Source of the DNA: a virus
UHGV virus genome: UHGV-1981267
DNA length: 31,152 bases
Reading direction: 5' to 3' (one strand)
A model generated the notes under the pieces. That model saw only the letters and a list, made by a program, of their open reading frames with translations, was not told where the DNA came from and made no database searches. Shown here piece by piece: positions 28,098 to 31,152 of this stretch. The stretch's first letter is position 1; the number at the start of each line of letters is the position of its first letter. A program made the translations under genes and the position numbers.

Positions 28098-28561
28098 GCA
28101 GAGTAACCGCAATTATCTCCGCACTGGTTATCTGCATCATCGTCTGCCTGTCGTGGGCTGTTAATCATTACCGTGATAACGCCATCGCCTACAAAGAACA
28201 GCGTGATAAAAAAGTCAGTGAGCTGAAGCAGGCGACCGCCACCATCGCTGACATGCAGCAGCGTCAGCGTGATGTTGCTGCGCTCGATGCAAAATACACG
28301 AAGGAGTTGGCTGATGCGAAAGCTGAAAATGATGCTCTTCGGCGCAAGCTTGATAATGGTGGTCGGGTGCTCGTCAAAGGAAAATGCTCTGTGCCATCCT
28401 CAGCCGAAACCTCCAGCGCCTCCGGCATGGGCAATGATGCCACCGTCGAACTCTCTCCAGTTGCTGGACGAAACGTTCTCGGTATCCGGGACGGAATCAT
28501 CAGAGACCAGACAGCACTGAGAACGCTTCAGGAATACATCAAGACGCAATGCCCGAATTAA
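28094..28561 (+). CDS. Rz: Spanin inner-membrane subunit Rz
   Basis: [30 protein letters not shown]... closely matches recalled lambda Rz. ATG overlaps the endolysin stop. Confidence 0.88.
   Translation: MSRVTAIISALVICIIVCLSWAVNHYRDNAIAYKEQRDKKVSELKQATATIADMQQRQRDVAALDAKYTKELADAKAENDALRRKLDNGGRVLVKGKCSVPSSAETSSASGMGNDATVELSPVAGRNVLGIRDGIIRDQTALRTLQEYIKTQCPN
28314..28520 (+). CDS. Rz1: Spanin outer-membrane lipoprotein subunit Rz1, embedded in the +1 frame of Rz
   Basis: SD AAGGAG 7 nt upstream of ATG 28314. Lipobox VVGC. Proline-rich mature part [11 protein letters not shown]. Confidence 0.8.
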   Translation: MRKLKMMLFGASLIMVVGCSSKENALCHPQPKPPAPPAWAMMPPSNSLQLLDETFSVSGTESSETRQH

Positions 28562-28602
28562 TCCCTCTGTATCAAAAACGAACTCAATTTGTTGGATAGT
28601 GA

Positions 28603-28914
28603 ATGAAAATTTATATTGCCGGGCCAATGACTGGATATGAGAACTTTAATCGTGACGCCTTTAATAAAGAGGCAGATCGTTTGTCACGACATGGTCACTC
28701 TGTCTTGAATCCAGCCACTTTGCCTAATGGTCTGACACAACGTGAATACATGGATATTTGCTTTGCAATGCTTCGTTGTGCTGATGCTATTTTGATGCTT
28801 CCTGGCTGGAAAGCGTCTGCTGGAGCAACTGCTGAGTATCATTACGCATACAAGATGGAGATGCCGGTATTCACTACGCTGAATTACCCGCCAGCTTGTT
28901 CCTCTGTAGCATAA
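28603..28914 (+). CDS. DUF4406-like small protein (nucleoside 2-deoxyribosyltransferase-like fold family)
   Basis: N-terminal MKIYIAGPMTG motif, which I recall as typical of this prophage protein family. Confidence 0.5.
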   Translation: MKIYIAGPMTGYENFNRDAFNKEADRLSRHGHSVLNPATLPNGLTQREYMDICFAMLRCADAILMLPGWKASAGATAEYHYAYKMEMPVFTTLNYPPACSSVA

Positions 28915-28934
28915 AAATCTCTTTGTTTCTCGTG

Positions 28935-28950
28935 TGCGACCGTGGTCGCA
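28935..28950. other. sopC-like centromere palindrome
   Basis: TGCGACCGTGGTCGCA. Confidence 0.7.
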
Positions 28951-28961
28951 CATTAAATACC

Positions 28962-29138
28962 GCGCTGCATCGTCGCCGTATTTCCGCATTAACCATGACC
29001 GTAGCCCGACGGGGAACTCCTCTGCGCGAGTGTGCGGAAATAATCAAAAACGATGCACACCGGGTTTTTACCGCGCTAATGATTCGCGGGTTTGTCCCTC
29101 ATGCTCGCCAGTCCTGTGCGAGGGTGGAAGAAACAGGG
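28962..29138 (+). repeat. Direct repeat copy 1 (duplicate of the cos-proximal sequence at 30744..30921)
   Basis: About 178 bp, roughly 85-90% identical by eye to copy 2, with one 1-bp indel. Flanked on both sides by sopC-like palindromes. Confidence 0.8.
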
Positions 29139-29154
29139 CATGTATTCAGGAGCG

Positions 29155-29170
29155 TGCGACCGTGGTCGCA
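29155..29170. other. sopC-like centromere palindrome
   Basis: TGCGACCGTGGTCGCA. Confidence 0.7.
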
Positions 29171-29194
29171 CGGTATCTTTGTCAGGAGGTTTTG

Positions 29195-30055
29195 ATGAAA
29201 GAGTTGCAAAAAATTAATTCAATAATGGAAAGATTAAGTGCTCTTGAGCGTAAGCTGGACGATTGTGGAAAGCTGTGTGTTGAAAAGCAAAATGAGCTTT
29301 ACCGGGAATTTTTTACAATCGTAAGTGAGCTGATGCCAATTGTTAATAACTGCCTGATGACATCCAGATTTTTTAATGTCGATGCTACTACATCCAGAAA
29401 ATTTTCTGTGAAAATTCAAGAAAGAGTTTCTGGTAGTGTGACAAGAGAGATGGCTGAACAGTTGGTGGCAATGAGCAATAAAACAAAAAGAAAAAAGGCA
29501 TTGCTTGTAACAGCAAATCAGCTTTCAGGGCGCGTTGACTTTCAGGTCAGACAGGGTGGGCGTGTACTGGTAAATGATGCGTTCGTTGGACGTAGCTTTA
29601 GTCCTTACTCGATAAAATATGATGTTGATGCAGATGATCAGGATATCAGCATTTCCTGGAAATCTGAGACAGCAGGGATTGTATTAACAGCAGAGTTGTT
29701 GAGTGATGATAAAAATGATGTCCAGCATCATTTGGACGAAAAGAATCATATTTCTGAAATTTGTATGAAGCCACGCAGCGGAATGACTTTATTGTCACGC
29801 ACTCTTGCTGCTGGCTTTTCTGCACCGGAAAAACGTGTGCTTCTGGTAGTGCCTGAAGATGCAGATATTCGACCACTGAATGGCTGTGATGTTATTAGTG
29901 CAAAAACATTGCATACCCGCGTCATTCCTGTACCGGATGTGGTCATTATTGATGATGTTGAGAAATGCAAGTCTGTTTCCTCAACTGCCACAATCAAGCG
30001 AATTTTACGTTGTAGCACGTCGGCTGTTGTATTCCGGAAGCAGTTACATAACTAA
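29195..30055 (+). CDS. Hypothetical protein (287 aa), no recognisable motif; first gene of the repeat-bracketed cargo
   Basis: Strong SD AGGAGG 5 nt before ATG 29195. Visibly AT-rich. Track ORF 28934..30055 extends upstream through the repeat, and I treat that extension as non-coding. Confidence 0.6.
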   Translation: MKELQKINSIMERLSALERKLDDCGKLCVEKQNELYREFFTIVSELMPIVNNCLMTSRFFNVDATTSRKFSVKIQERVSGSVTREMAEQLVAMSNKTKRKKALLVTANQLSGRVDFQVRQGGRVLVNDAFVGRSFSPYSIKYDVDADDQDISISWKSETAGIVLTAELLSDDKNDVQHHLDEKNHISEICMKPRSGMTLLSRTLAAGFSAPEKRVLLVVPEDADIRPLNGCDVISAKTLHTRVIPVPDVVIIDDVEKCKSVSSTATIKRILRCSTSAVVFRKQLHN

Positions 30056-30178
30056 CCAGTTTTGTTTTGCAGAACATCCTCAACTAAAAGCTTATAGAAA
30101 GAGAGCCTGAGATATTTTTTCTGTCTCTCGTAGTTGTTTATTTTTCTCGAACAGGCTTACAACTTACAGGATATAAAC

Positions 30179-30628
30179 ATGCAAGAAGAAGCAAATAAAA
30201 TTCTTGTTGATTTATTGAAGAAGGCCAGCGATGGAATTGATTCCGCCATTGCATTCAGTCAGGCTCAGATTCCGGATGTTGTTCATCAGTTGCTGGTATG
30301 GAATATGGTTGATAGCCTGATTAAAACATTAATAGCCATTTCAACAATCCCGCTGGTTTTCTGGTTTATGAAAAAACAGTACCAAAAAGTTGAAATTGGT
30401 ATATTCGATAATGAAGGATGGTCATGGGAGAAGGGAAAGCCTAAATACAAACCGACTATGATTTGGGAAAGTAACGGTGAGATTAGTTTTCTTATCTTAC
30501 CATTAGCAGCAGTTTTTGTTCTGTGGGTAAGTTTTATTATTGCTGTAGTAACCAATATGACATGGTTAAAAATCTGGTTGGCACCTAAGTTATATCTAAT
30601 CGAATACGCAGCATCACTAATTAAATAG
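30179..30628 (+). CDS. Small membrane protein (two predicted TM helices); second gene of the cargo
   Basis: ATG 30179 within track ORF 30134..30628. Hydrophobic segments LIKTLIAISTIPLVFWF and ISFLILPLAAVFVLWVSFIIAVV. Confidence 0.5.
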   Translation: MQEEANKILVDLLKKASDGIDSAIAFSQAQIPDVVHQLLVWNMVDSLIKTLIAISTIPLVFWFMKKQYQKVEIGIFDNEGWSWEKGKPKYKPTMIWESNGEISFLILPLAAVFVLWVSFIIAVVTNMTWLKIWLAPKLYLIEYAASLIK

Positions 30629-30743
30629 TCCATTACAAAAGCCATTCGCTACTGAGTGGCTTTGATAATGGCTTATACCCTGCACGGGATAACTTAACTG
30701 ATATCCCTTTTAACGGATAAAGGTATTCAAGCCTGACACATCA

Positions 30744-30921
30744 TGCGCTGCATCGTCGCCGTATTTCCGCATTAACCATGACCGTAGCCCGACGGGGAAT
30801 TCCTTCTGCGCGAGTGTGCGTAAATAATCAAAAACGATGCACACCGGGTTTTTACCGCGTTTATGGTGCGCGGTTTTGTCCCTCATAGTCGCCCGTCCGG
30901 TGCGATGGTGGAAGAAGCTGG
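30744..30921 (+). repeat. Direct repeat copy 2, contiguous with cos
   Basis: Matches copy 1 at 28962..29138 and runs into the lambda-like cosQ/cosN region. Confidence 0.8.
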
Positions 30922-30924
30922 ATA

Positions 30925-31152
30925 TTAATGCAAGTGATAATTATTCTCACCTTTGCGGGTCCTTTCCGGCGATCCGGCAGGCTACGGGGCGGAAGGCGCG
31001 CGGGTTTTCGCTATTTATGAAAATTTTCCGGTTTAAGGCGTTTCCGTTCTTCTTCGCCGTAACTTAATGTTTTTATTTAAAACACCCCCTGAAAAGAAAG
31101 GAAACGACAGATGCTGAAAACGGGCTTTTTGTCCTATGTCGTTTCCTTTCTC
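30925..31152 (+). other. cos: Lambda-like cos region (cosQ, cosN, start of cosB)
   Basis: Near-colinear with recalled lambda termini (...GGGTCCTTTCCGGCGATCC...TTACG | GGGCGG...CGCGGGTTTTCGCTATTTATGAAAATTTTCCGGTTTAAGGCG...). The presumptive 12-nt cosN at 30987..30998 reads GGGCGGAAGGCG. Confidence 0.8.

Noticed and set aside
28684-29195. Track ORFs 28684..28989 (-), 28896..29195 (+) and the N-terminal extension of 28934..30055
   Set aside because: They cover the sopC sites and the non-coding repeat copy. The equivalent frame is not conserved in repeat copy 2. The real gene starts at ATG 29195 with a strong SD.
30837-31067. 76-aa ORF spanning repeat copy 2 and cos
   Set aside because: It runs through the conserved cos site. 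Lambda has no gene here, and the frame is not conserved in repeat copy 1.
1-31152. Integrase and attachment site
   Set aside because: None found. This fits a non-integrating plasmid-prophage maintained by SopAB and TelN rather than an integrated prophage.

Overview
The window reads as the right-hand ~31 kb of an N15-like linear plasmid-prophage (a lambdoid phage-plasmid with hairpin telomeres), running from the tail-tip gene to cos. In order: a 5'-truncated lambda J-like tail tip gene, lom, a mosaic side tail fibre (stf) with an in-frame 189-bp tandem duplication, and fibre accessory genes; the sopBA partition operon (minus strand) with its CTTTGC operator repeats; a telRL-like palindrome whose 22-bp core matches what I recall of N15 telO; the protelomerase telN; an immA-like antirepressor operon (minus) with a structured leader; the ~1330-aa primase-helicase repA (minus); the immB switch (cB repressor, cro, a possible Q); an accessory stretch (DEDDh exonuclease, small unknown genes, a HigB/HigA-like toxin-antitoxin pair, a DNA methyltransferase); a phage-21-type lysis cassette (pinholin, SAR endolysin, Rz with embedded Rz1); and a lambda-like cos. 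Five copies of a sopC-like 16-bp palindrome (TGCGACC-NN-GGTCGCA) are dispersed through the window. The most likely place for an undescribed system is an AT-rich two-gene module (287-aa protein plus 150-aa two-TM membrane protein) bracketed by a ~180-bp direct repeat just before cos; I could not assign it a function. All calls rest on reading the sequence and the ORF track by eye and on recalled family features; no searches were run, and identities are estimates.
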